Assembly: GCA_044869815.1 (NCBI GenBank)
Contig: JBIOXS010000143.1
Span: 7,563 to 71,562 of the forward strand
Origin: Candidatus Rokuibacteriota bacterium
GTDB taxonomy: Bacteria > Methylomirabilota > Methylomirabilia > Rokubacteriales > CSP1-6
DNA length: 64,000 nucleotides
Direction of reading: 5' to 3'
Positions 13,496-22,129 of the stretch are shown here, in pieces. The stretch's first letter is position 1; every line of letters starts with the position of its first letter. A program made the translations under genes and the position numbers. The notes beneath the pieces are model-generated. The model ran no database searches. It saw nothing but the letters and a program-made list of their open reading frames with translations, and was not told the origin of the DNA.

Positions 13496-14188
13496 ATGCC
13501 GCTGCCGTATTACGTGAGTCCCGAGCAGATGATGAAGGACAAGGCCGAGTATGCCCGCAAGGGCATCGCGCGCGGCCGGTCCATCGTCACCCTGGAGTTC
13601 CGTGACGGCATCCTCCTCGTCGCCGAGAATCCCTCGACGCTGCTCCACAAGATCTCGGAGATCTACGATCGCATCGCATTCGCCGGCGTGGGCAAGTACA
13701 ACGAGTTCGAGAACTTGCGGATCGCGGGTATCCGTCACGCCGATGTGAAGGGTTACTCCTACAGCCGCGGGGACGTGACGGCCAAGGCGCTCGCCAATGC
13801 CTACTCGCAGGCCCTGGGGAACATCTTCACCCAGGACATCAAGCCGTTCGAGGTCGAGGTGCTGGTGGCCGAGGTGGGCGACGCCAACGGCGGCCGCAAC
13901 GAGATCTACCACATCCTCTACGACGGCACCATCGAGGACGAGCGGAACTACGCGGCCATGGGCGGCCAGGCCGACGAGATCCGCCGGTTTCTCAAGGACC
14001 ATTTCCGCGAAGGCCTCCCCCTCGACGAATCGCTCCAGCTGGGGGTGCGATCGCTGACCGTCACGCAGAACAAGACCCTCACCGAGCGCGATCTCGAGGT
14101 CGCCGTGCTCGACCGGACGAAAGAGCGCCGGAAGTTCCGCCGGATTCCGCCCGAAGCGCTCGGTCAACTGCTGGGCACACAGAGGTAA
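13496..14188 (+). CDS. prcA: 20S proteasome alpha subunit
   Basis: MPLPYYVSPEQMMKDKAEYARKGIARGRSIVTLEFRDGILLVAENPS. ATG lies 2 nt after the prcB stop. Confidence 0.95.
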   Translation: MPLPYYVSPEQMMKDKAEYARKGIARGRSIVTLEFRDGILLVAENPSTLLHKISEIYDRIAFAGVGKYNEFENLRIAGIRHADVKGYSYSRGDVTAKALANAYSQALGNIFTQDIKPFEVEVLVAEVGDANGGRNEIYHILYDGTIEDERNYAAMGGQADEIRRFLKDHFREGLPLDESLQLGVRSLTVTQNKTLTERDLEVAVLDRTKERRKFRRIPPEALGQLLGTQR

Positions 14189-14209
14189 GGCGTGCTAGGC
14201 TGAGGCCAG

Positions 14210-15565
14210 ATGAAGCGCCGGATCTTCGGCCTCGAGAACGAGTACGGTCTGACCTGCACGCTCAACGGTCAGCGTCGCCTCTCGCCCGACAACGTCGCGC
14301 GCTATCTGTTCGAGAAAGTCATTCCCGGCGCCCGCAACGCGAACGTCTTCCTGGAGAATGGAGCCCGGCTCTATCTGGACACCGGCTTCCATCCGGAGTA
14401 CGCGACACCCGAATGCGATGACGTGGCCGAGCTCGTCATTCACGACAAGGCCGGCGAGCGCATCGTCGAGGATCTGCTGCACCAGGCCGAGAAGCGGCTG
14501 CGGGAGGACGGCATCTCCGGCAACATCCTTCTCTTCAAGAACAACACCGACTCCGCCGGCAACTCGTACGGCTGCCACGAGAACTACCTGGTGAGCCGCG
14601 ACGTGTCGTTCCAGCGGCTGGCCGAGGCGCTCATTCCCTTCTTCGTGACGCGCCAGATCTTCGCGGGGGCGGGCAAGGTGCTCCAGACGCCGAGGGGATT
14701 TCACTATTGCTTGAGCCAAAGGGCTCAGCATATTTGTCAGGAGATCTCCGGCGCCACGACGTCTTCCCGCTCGATCATCAACACGCGCGACGAGCCTCAT
14801 GCGGACGCCGAGCGCTATCGCCGCCTGCACGTGATCGTGGGCGACTCGAACATGTCGGAGGTCGCCACCTATCTCAAGATCGGCACCACGGCGCTCGTGC
14901 TCGACATGATCGAGGACGGCTTCTTCGACAAGGATTACTCATTGCAGTCGCCGGTGCAGGCCATCCGCGATATTTCACACGACCCGACGCTGAAGGAGAC
15001 GATCAAGCTGAAGGACGGCCGGTCGATCTCGGCCCTCCAGATGCAGCAGGAATATCTCGAGTACGCGGCCCGCTACGTGGCCGCCATCGACGCCGATCCC
15101 GCGTCCAAGGACGTGCTGGCACGCTGGACCGACGTCATCGAGAAGCTCGAGACGGATCCCATGCAGCTCGATCGGGAGCTCGACTGGGTCATCAAGCGGC
15201 AGTGGATCGAGAGCTACATGACGCGCAACCGGCTCTCGTGGCGGGATCCCAAGATCTCGCTGATGGACCTGCAATATCACGACATCCGGCCCGACCGCGG
15301 GCTGTACTACAAGCTCGTCGGCAAGGAGATGGTCGATCGGATCACCGACGACGAGACCATCGAGGCCGCCAAGCACACGCCGCCCCAGACGACGCGGGCG
15401 CGGCTGCGCGGCGAATTCATCCGGCAGGCCAACCTGAAGGGCAAGGACTATCGCGTCGACTGGGTCTACCTGAAGCTCAACGACCCCGAGCGCGAGACGA
15501 TCCTCTGCAAGGACCCGTTCCAGTCTCACGACGAGCGGGTCGAGCGCCTTATCCGATCGTTCTGA
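14210..15565 (+). CDS. pafA: Pup--protein ligase PafA
   Basis: 451 aa. [37 protein letters not shown] and [21 protein letters not shown] closely parallel mycobacterial PafA. Confidence 0.93.
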   Translation: MKRRIFGLENEYGLTCTLNGQRRLSPDNVARYLFEKVIPGARNANVFLENGARLYLDTGFHPEYATPECDDVAELVIHDKAGERIVEDLLHQAEKRLREDGISGNILLFKNNTDSAGNSYGCHENYLVSRDVSFQRLAEALIPFFVTRQIFAGAGKVLQTPRGFHYCLSQRAQHICQEISGATTSSRSIINTRDEPHADAERYRRLHVIVGDSNMSEVATYLKIGTTALVLDMIEDGFFDKDYSLQSPVQAIRDISHDPTLKETIKLKDGRSISALQMQQEYLEYAARYVAAIDADPASKDVLARWTDVIEKLETDPMQLDRELDWVIKRQWIESYMTRNRLSWRDPKISLMDLQYHDIRPDRGLYYKLVGKEMVDRITDDETIEAAKHTPPQTTRARLRGEFIRQANLKGKDYRVDWVYLKLNDPERETILCKDPFQSHDERVERLIRSF

Positions 15566-17118
15566 ATCCCTACCTGGCCTTTCGCGTCGCCAGGCTCGTT
15601 CTCCTCCTCGCCCTCGCCGCCGTCTTCGCCGTTCTCGCCACCGGCCGCCCCGTGTCGCGCCCGATTCGCGTGGCAGTGGCGACGCTGGTCGTGCTGGCCG
15701 CCGCCGGCTTCGTGAACTTCGGATTCTTCCACGTCCTCCAGCGCCAGCACATCCACTACTGGGACGCCTTCCATTACTTCGTCGGCGCCAAGTACCTGCC
15801 CGAGCTCGGCTACACGCGGCTCTACGAGGCGACCTACGTCGCCGGGCGCGAGATGGGCGCCTTCGCCGGGATCGATCGCATCCGCGACCTGCCGAGCTAT
15901 CAGGCGCGGGAGACGCGCTCGATCGACGCCGCCGCCGTGCGCGCGCGCTTCACGGACGCGCGCTGGCGCGCGTTCAAGCGCGACCTCCTGTTCTTCGGCC
16001 CGCAGATCCCGGACTGGCGGCGCCTGTTCATGGATCACGGCTACAACGATCCGCCGCCGCGCGCCCTGCTCCTGCACACCCTGGTGCGCTGGCTGCCGGC
16101 CACGCCGCTCACGCTGGCCGCGGTCACCTCGATCGACTACGCGCTGATCGCCGGCGCGCTCGTCCTGGCGGGGCGGGCCTTCGGTCCGCTCGCCGGCGGC
16201 CTGGCCGCGGCCTCTTTGCTGCTGAGCTTCTTCGGGCGCTTCGACTACATCGGCGGCTCCGTGCTGCGCTGGGACTGGATCGCCGCCCTCATCGCCGGCG
16301 CCGCCGCCTTCGCGCGCGGCGCCGGCGTGGCCGCCGGCCTCCTCTTCGCCTACGCCGCCGCGGCGCGGATCTTCCCGGCGTTGCTGCTGGTGCCGCTGCT
16401 CGTGAAGTGGCTCCAGACGCGACGCGCGCGCACGCCCGACCGCACGCTCGATCGCTGCCTCGTGGCGGCCGCGCTGACGCTGACGGTCACCGCGCTCGTC
16501 GTCGTTCTGGCCGGCGCGTCGATCTCCGTCGGCGAGTTCGTCGCCAAGATCCGGCTGCACGGAGACAGCGCCTTCACCAACCACGTCGGGCTCGGCACGT
16601 GGCTGGTGTTCCAGGCGGCGCCCTGGAACGTGTACGCGGACGGGATGCGGTCGGTCGAGCCGGTGGCGCTGGTGGCCGCGCGCCCGGCCTGGTGGGTCGT
16701 TCCGCTCGTCTCGGGACTGTACCTGGCCGCGGCATTGCCGTTGATCCTGCGCGCGCGCGTGCTCGAGTCGCTGATGTACGCGGTGCCGCTCGTCTGGTGC
16801 GCCGTCTCACCGGCCGGGTATTACTACTCGCTGCTCGTGCTGCTGGTCCTGCTTCCGTGGCGCGACGGCGCCGCCGACGGCGTGCGCCTGCTCCAGATGG
16901 CGCTGCTGGCCCTGGTGAGCACGGCCGGCTACGCCCTCGAGATCCACTCCCACGACGGCCTGCCGCTGTTCCATCGCGCCTCGACGCTGCTCGGGCTCTA
17001 CTTCGTCGTGTGGCTCGGCCTCGAGTACGTGCGGCGGCGGGCGCCCGATCCCGGTCCGAGGGTGTCGCGCCGCCCTCGGGACGAGGCGGCCTCGCTCCAC
17101 GCGCTTCCCAAAATTTGA
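15562..17118 (+). CDS. polytopic integral membrane protein (about 12 or more TM segments; function unknown, GT-C-like appearance)
   Basis: A long hydrophobic ORF in the frame of track ORF 14707-17118. The first TM helix ([17 protein letters not shown]) lies upstream of the first in-frame GTG (15652). CTG at 15562 overlaps the pafA stop, so the start is uncertain. Confidence 0.65.
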   Translation: MNPYLAFRVARLVLLLALAAVFAVLATGRPVSRPIRVAVATLVVLAAAGFVNFGFFHVLQRQHIHYWDAFHYFVGAKYLPELGYTRLYEATYVAGREMGAFAGIDRIRDLPSYQARETRSIDAAAVRARFTDARWRAFKRDLLFFGPQIPDWRRLFMDHGYNDPPPRALLLHTLVRWLPATPLTLAAVTSIDYALIAGALVLAGRAFGPLAGGLAAASLLLSFFGRFDYIGGSVLRWDWIAALIAGAAAFARGAGVAAGLLFAYAAAARIFPALLLVPLLVKWLQTRRARTPDRTLDRCLVAAALTLTVTALVVVLAGASISVGEFVAKIRLHGDSAFTNHVGLGTWLVFQAAPWNVYADGMRSVEPVALVAARPAWWVVPLVSGLYLAAALPLILRARVLESLMYAVPLVWCAVSPAGYYYSLLVLLVLLPWRDGAADGVRLLQMALLALVSTAGYALEIHSHDGLPLFHRASTLLGLYFVVWLGLEYVRRRAPDPGPRVSRRPRDEAASLHALPKI

Positions 17119-17247
17119 CCGGGCGAAGGCGCGGATGCTACATCTGATCCCGATCCTTCGCGCTCACATCGTGCATCGCGCCCCGCGCGGCCAGGCGCGG
17201 CATCGTTCCACGGTCACCGGTCACCGAGGGGGAGGCAGGCGGCGCCC

Positions 17248-17655
17248 ATGATGTGGAAAGGCAACGGCAAGACGCGGGGCAAGGACACGGGCGAGCTCAC
17301 GGCCTTCCTCGACCAGGCCTCCGAGATCGACGGCAAGTTCACCTTCAGCGGCACCGTCATGATCAACGGCCGGCTGCGCGGTGAGATCCACTCGAACGAC
17401 ACCCTCATCGTCGGCGAGAAGGGCGTCATCAACGCCTCCATCCGCGCCGGCGTCGTGCTGGTCAGCGGCGAGGTCGTCGGCAACGTGATCGGCGTCGAGC
17501 GCGTCGAGCTGCGCGGCAGCGCGCGCGTCTCCGGCGACATCGAAGCGCCCATCGTCGTGGTCGACGAGGGCGTGATGTTCGACGGCCACTGCCGGATGAC
17601 CCGCGCCGGCGCCGATGAGGGGCACGACCACTCGGTGGTGGCGCTCAAGCGCTGA
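17248..17655 (+). CDS. bactofilin (polymer-forming cytoskeletal protein)
   Basis: Beta-helical repeat pattern IDGKFTFSGTVMINGRLRGEIHSNDTLIVGEKGVINASIRAGVVLVSGEVVGNV. Confidence 0.85.
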   Translation: MMWKGNGKTRGKDTGELTAFLDQASEIDGKFTFSGTVMINGRLRGEIHSNDTLIVGEKGVINASIRAGVVLVSGEVVGNVIGVERVELRGSARVSGDIEAPIVVVDEGVMFDGHCRMTRAGADEGHDHSVVALKR

Positions 17656-17959
17656 GGCGGCGCGCGCCCGTTCCCGACGACGGCGCCAGCCGCGGCCGGC
17701 CGGGATCGGTGAGATCGAGCTCGTCCCATCCGATCGTGCGCCGCCGTCGTCGGGCGGCGAGCGCTCCGAGCAGCGCCTGGACGATGGCGCCGGCGGCCAG
17801 CCGCTCGATGAGCCCGTCGATCCCCAGCACGTAGCCGCGCACCACCCACTCCCCTCCCTCGCGCTCCGCCCGGATCTCCTCGATGCGACCGACGCGTCGA
17901 CCGCGCGCATCGACCACCGGACGTCCGAGCAGCCGCTCGACACGTGCCTCGCGGGTCAT
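17645..17959 (-). CDS. PRC-barrel domain protein
   Basis: MTREARVERLLGRPVVDARGRRVGRIEEIRAEREGGEWVVRGYVLG. ATG 17957-17959 overlaps the upstream stop (ATGA). Confidence 0.7.
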   Translation of the reverse strand: MTREARVERLLGRPVVDARGRRVGRIEEIRAEREGGEWVVRGYVLGIDGLIERLAAGAIVQALLGALAARRRRRTIGWDELDLTDPGRPRLAPSSGTGARRLSA

Positions 17960-18300
17960 CGGCCACCCGGGATCCGCGCGAACACGCGCGCGAGCCAGCG
18001 CTCGACGCGCCACGCCGGCGTGCGCGTCGCATCGATGTCGACTCGAATATCGTTGGCCACCGCCATCACGGACTCCTTCGGAATGCGTGTGGCGTGGGCG
18101 TGCGTGGCGGCCCGGCGCGTCCATCGCGAGAGCCAGGCGGGCAGGCGCGCCAGGCGCGTGGCCGCCCCCACCTCGAGCGCCACCACCCGCGGAGGGCCGT
18201 CCTCGGACAGCTCCAGGACGATGCCGTCGACCTTGCCGAACGGGCGCCCCTTGCGATCGAGGAGCTGCTTGTCGAGGACGTCCCGGACGAGGTCCAGCAT
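17956..18300 (-). CDS. PRC-barrel-like domain protein
   Basis: MLDLVRDVLDKQLLDRKGRPFGKVDGIVLELSEDGPPRVVALEVG. ATG lies 4 nt after the NRAMP stop. Confidence 0.65.
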   Translation of the reverse strand: MLDLVRDVLDKQLLDRKGRPFGKVDGIVLELSEDGPPRVVALEVGAATRLARLPAWLSRWTRRAATHAHATRIPKESVMAVANDIRVDIDATRTPAWRVERWLARVFARIPGGR

Positions 18301-18304
18301 CGCC

Positions 18305-19519
18305 TCAGCCGCCCATGAGCTGGAGCGGGAGCGACACAATCGCCAGCACGCAGGCCAGGGCGGTGACGACGAGCACGACCGCGTTGCCGAGGCGCCCGTT
18401 GGCGTGGTCGCCGACGTAGTCGCGATCGTTCATCAGCACGAGAAACGGCATCACCGCCAGCGGCAGCGCCGCCGCGTTGAGCACCATGGCCACGTTCGTC
18501 ACCTGCAGCGGATCGAGCCCGAGCGCGACCGGGATGCCGGCCACGACGAGCGCGATCGTGTACGTGGCCGTGAAGCGCGCGGCTTCCCTGGGCCCCAGGT
18601 TCTCGCCCCAGTTCCAGCCGAATCCCTGCGCGACCATGTAGGCGAGCGCGAGCGTCACCTCGAGGGCGGCGCCGAGGCAGGCGACGGCCAGCGAGGCGAG
18701 GAAGAGCGCGAAGCCCCAGCGTCCGAGGCTGTCCGTGAGCAGCAGCGCGATCTGGTCGTAGCTCTCGAGCCGGATCCCGCGCGGCCCGAAGACGCCGGCG
18801 GCCACGACGAGCACGGCGGCCGACAGCACCGCGCCGAACCCCATGCCCACCGTGGCCACCATGCGGTTGGTCTTCAGCATGCGCTCGTCCCAGCCCTCCT
18901 CCACCGCGCCCGAGGAGTAGAAGTAGAAGAGGTACGGCGTCAGGGTGGCGCCCAGGATGCTGACCGCGAGGAACCAGAACCGCCTGCCGTCGTGCGGCGG
19001 CAGCGACGGCACCAGTCCCGCCGCCACCTCGGCCAGCGGCGGCTGCTCGCGGAAGGCGGCCACCACGAAGACCACCGTGATCAGTCCGAGCAGCGAGACA
19101 CCGTTCTCGATGATGTCGAAGTTCCCGCGCCAGAGCAGCGCCCACACCAGCGCCACCACCGGCAGCGCCCACCACTGAAAGGCGATCCCGCTCGCGAACT
19201 GCAACGCGATGCACACGGCGCCGAGCTCCGCGACCAGCGTCAAGATACTGACCAGCGCCATGCCGGCCAGGGGGAGCAGGAAGAAGCTGAAGCCGAACCG
19301 CTCGCGAACCGCCGCCGCGATCGTGTGGTGGCTGACGGCGGCGAGTCGTCCGGACATCTCGACCAGACAGACGAGGCACACGGTCCCCAGCGCGAGCACC
19401 CACAGCAGCCGATAGCCGAACTCGGACCCCGCCTGCGCCGACGTGGCGATCGACCCCGCCTCGAGAAACCCCCCGAAGGCGGTGACGATACCGAGCGCGA
19501 CCTGGAGCGCCTTGCTCAC
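18305..19519 (-). CDS. NRAMP-family divalent metal cation transporter
   Basis: 404 aa, about 11 TM segments. The N-terminus GFLEAGSIATSAQAGSEFGYRLLWVLAL resembles the Nramp DPGN-region family signature. Confidence 0.85.
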   Translation of the reverse strand: MSKALQVALGIVTAFGGFLEAGSIATSAQAGSEFGYRLLWVLALGTVCLVCLVEMSGRLAAVSHHTIAAAVRERFGFSFFLLPLAGMALVSILTLVAELGAVCIALQFASGIAFQWWALPVVALVWALLWRGNFDIIENGVSLLGLITVVFVVAAFREQPPLAEVAAGLVPSLPPHDGRRFWFLAVSILGATLTPYLFYFYSSGAVEEGWDERMLKTNRMVATVGMGFGAVLSAAVLVVAAGVFGPRGIRLESYDQIALLLTDSLGRWGFALFLASLAVACLGAALEVTLALAYMVAQGFGWNWGENLGPREAARFTATYTIALVVAGIPVALGLDPLQVTNVAMVLNAAALPLAVMPFLVLMNDRDYVGDHANGRLGNAVVLVVTALACVLAIVSLPLQLMGG

Positions 19520-19941
19520 GACAGCCCGACCTGACCGCGCGCGAGCTGCTGCAGGCGGCGTCCGTCAAGGGCCAGCGATTCCGCCAGCGCCCGCGCGGCC
19601 GTCCGGTCGCCGGCGTGAACGGCTTCCGCCAGGTCACGCATGCTCCGCCCGACGCGTGCCGTCACCGGCGTCGCGGCCGTGCGCAGTGGCGCGGGCACGC
19701 GCCGGAGCTCACGCTCCTGCTCGACGAGCTCACGCTTCACCCGGTCCAGCGTCCGCGCCGTATAGACGCGTGGCGTCGCTCCGTCCGCCCACGCGCGGCC
19801 GAGCATCGCGCCCGTGGCCGCCCACGACCCGAGCGTGCGGAGCGTCGTCGACGGGTCGGCGCCGCAGCCGGACGCCACGGTGACGAGGGAGACGAGACCG
19901 AGAGCCCGGAGGGATACCGCAATTCGCACGGGACGCTTCAA
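19516..19941 (-). CDS. lipoprotein, hypothetical
   Basis: Lipobox LVTVASGC after a signal peptide. TTG start at 19939-19941 (an alternative GTG lies 4 codons later). The stop overlaps the NRAMP start. Confidence 0.6.
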   Translation of the reverse strand: MKRPVRIAVSLRALGLVSLVTVASGCGADPSTTLRTLGSWAATGAMLGRAWADGATPRVYTARTLDRVKRELVEQERELRRVPAPLRTAATPVTARVGRSMRDLAEAVHAGDRTAARALAESLALDGRRLQQLARGQVGLS

Positions 19942-20021
19942 ACTGCAACGTCCATGCCTCGGGCAGCGGCGCGTGAATTGCTACGCCTACGCATGGAGAC
20001 TGTAGCGTCATCACCTCGACC

Positions 20022-20177
20022 GTGGAGAACGCCCTCATCCTGGCCGTGCTCGTCATCGGCCCTGCCGAGCGGAAGGACTACGTGGACACCCACGTGAACG
20101 CCCTCTTCTCGTACTTCGTCGTCGGCACGTGGGCGGCGGTCTACGCCCTCGTCTACCTGGCGCCGCGCTGGCTATGA
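20022..20177 (+). CDS. small two-TM membrane protein (51 aa), hypothetical
   Basis: Not in the track because it is under 60 aa. GTG 20022 gives VENALILAVLVIGPAERKDYVDTHVNALFSYFVVGTWAAVYALVYLAPRWL. The stop overlaps the next ATG (ATGA). Confidence 0.4.
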   Translation: MENALILAVLVIGPAERKDYVDTHVNALFSYFVVGTWAAVYALVYLAPRWL

Positions 20178-20515
20178 GCCCCGGGCGCCTCTGGCTCGCT
20201 ATTCTCGTCGGGCCACTCGCCTGGCTCATCTATCTGCAGACCGCCTACGCGCTGGTGCCCTGGACGTGCAAGCGCCCGACGGGGGCCATGATCGCGCTGC
20301 TGGCGGCCGGTGTGCTCGCGCTGGCGCTCAGCACGGCGGGCCTGGCCACGGCGTGGCAGGCGTGGCGACGAGCCGGCCGGCCCGGCGCGGGCACCGGCAC
20401 CGTGACCAGTCGCACGCGATTCCTGGCTCTCACGGGGATCGGTACCAGCGCGCTGTTCGTGCTGGTCGTGGTGGCCGGCATGCTGCCGCTGCTGCTGCTG
20501 GCGCCATGCAACTGA
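20174..20515 (+). CDS. membrane protein, hypothetical (4 TM)
   Basis: MSPGRLWLAILVGPLAWLIYLQTAYALVPWTC. The start was chosen at the ATGA overlap rather than the track GTG at 20129. Confidence 0.5.
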   Translation: MSPGRLWLAILVGPLAWLIYLQTAYALVPWTCKRPTGAMIALLAAGVLALALSTAGLATAWQAWRRAGRPGAGTGTVTSRTRFLALTGIGTSALFVLVVVAGMLPLLLLAPCN

Positions 20516-20791
20516 GGGCGGCACGCCTCGTCGTCGCGGCCCTCCTCCTCGGCGCTACCTTCCCCGACGTCGTCATCGCGCACACTCGCGGCGCCGGATC
20601 GGCGGCCGAGGCGCAGCGCGTCTCGCTCGCCGTCGCGCTCCTCGTGGCGGCGCTGTTGTACGGCCGCGGGCGGCGACGGCTGGGCCGGCGGTGGCCCCTG
20701 CGTCGCACAGCGGCCGCCGTCGGCGGCGTCGTCACCGTCGCGGTGGCGCTGCTGCCCCCGCTCTGTATACGCTCCGCTAGAGCCCGCCCAC
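20506..20791 (+). pseudogene. possible truncated N-terminal fragment of a CtaG-type (caa3) cytochrome oxidase assembly factor
   Basis: MQLRAARLVVAALLLG...LLYGRGRRRLGRRWPLRRTAAAVGGVVTVAVALLPPL resembles the N-terminus of Caa3_CtaG proteins. After about 20765 the frame turns into Arg/Pro junk antisense to the amidohydrolase gene. Confidence 0.3.
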
Positions 20792-22096
20792 CTACAGCGC
20801 GAAGCCGCGCGTCAGCGCTCGCACCGACGCCAGGATGTCGTCGAGCGATCGGCGGGCGAGGCGGCCGCGCTCGACGACACGCTGGCCGTGCACCCACACG
20901 TCGCTCACGGCCTGCGGCGACATCGCATAGACCACGCTCCGAAGCAGATCGGTCGGCGGGTGCAGCGACGGATGGCCGAGGTCGACGGCTACCAGATCGG
21001 CCAGCGCGCCGGCGGCCACGCGGCCGGCGTCGAGACCCAGGATCGACGCCGCGGAGGCGGTGCCGAGGGAAAACGCCGTGGGGGCATCGAGGGCGGCGCC
21101 GTCGAGCAGACGCACGCGCGCGAGCAGCGAGGCCATGCGCATCTCCTCGAAGACGGAGAGGCGGTTGTTGGTGCACCCGCCGTCGCTGCCGAGGCCAACG
21201 CGCACGCCGGCTCGGAGCAGCTCGGGCAGGCGCGTGATGCCGTCGCCGAGGAACATGTTGCTGCTCGGGCAGTAGGCGACCGCGGCGCGCCGCTCGCCCA
21301 TCAGACGGATCTCGTCGTCGTCGAGCCACACGCAGTGCACGGCCACCGTCCGCGGCCCGAGAATGCCGAGCCGATCGAGATGCCGCACGGGGGTGGCGCC
21401 ATGCTCGCGCAGCGTGCGCTCACCCTCGTATCGGCCCTCCGCCACGTGAACGTGAAAGACCGTGTCCTCGGCCTCGGCGACCTCGAACCCGGCGCGCAGC
21501 ATGGCCGGGGAGGCGCCGTGCGGGCTGTGCGGCGCCGGTTGCACCGTCACCGTCGCCTCCCCGCGATGGGCGGCGATCAGCTCTCGCGTGCGACGCGCCG
21601 CCGCGGCCGGCGTCTCGCGATAGCGCGCGGGCGCCGCCTCCCAGTCGTACATCCCGCGCGCGAGCACGAGGCGGATGCCGACGGCGCGCGCGGCGTCGAT
21701 CACCGCCTCGGCGTTCTCGTTGCCGCCGTCATGGATGTAGAAGAAGTCGACGCACGTGGTGACGCCGTGCAGCAGCATCTCGGCGAAGGCGAACTCCGCG
21801 CCGGCGCCGAGCGCCGCGCGATCGAGCCGTGCCGAGAACGGATACAGCACGCGGTCGCGCCACGCCGTGAAGTCGAGATCGTCGCCGAGCCCGCGCAGGA
21901 GCGACTGGAACGCGTGGCAGTGCGTGTTGACGGTGCCCGGAAGCAGCGCGCGCCCCCGCAGCGCGACGTCGTCGGGCCGCGGCGCCCCCGTCGCGCCGAC
22001 CGAGGCGATCCGTCCGTCGGCGACGACGACGGCCACGTCGCGTTGCCAGCCGGCGGGCGTGAGGACCAGGTCGGGCACGAGCCGCACGGCCGGCAT
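20792..22096 (-). CDS. amidohydrolase (metal-dependent deaminase/chlorohydrolase family)
   Basis: 434 aa. PGTVNTHCHAFQSLLRG metal-binding HxH motif and later HVAE, GSDG motifs. Confidence 0.85.
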   Translation of the reverse strand: MPAVRLVPDLVLTPAGWQRDVAVVVADGRIASVGATGAPRPDDVALRGRALLPGTVNTHCHAFQSLLRGLGDDLDFTAWRDRVLYPFSARLDRAALGAGAEFAFAEMLLHGVTTCVDFFYIHDGGNENAEAVIDAARAVGIRLVLARGMYDWEAAPARYRETPAAAARRTRELIAAHRGEATVTVQPAPHSPHGASPAMLRAGFEVAEAEDTVFHVHVAEGRYEGERTLREHGATPVRHLDRLGILGPRTVAVHCVWLDDDEIRLMGERRAAVAYCPSSNMFLGDGITRLPELLRAGVRVGLGSDGGCTNNRLSVFEEMRMASLLARVRLLDGAALDAPTAFSLGTASAASILGLDAGRVAAGALADLVAVDLGHPSLHPPTDLLRSVVYAMSPQAVSDVWVHGQRVVERGRLARRSLDDILASVRALTRGFAL

Positions 22097-22129
22097 TCTA
22101 CCGGAGGGCCCGCGCTATACTGCCGTGCC

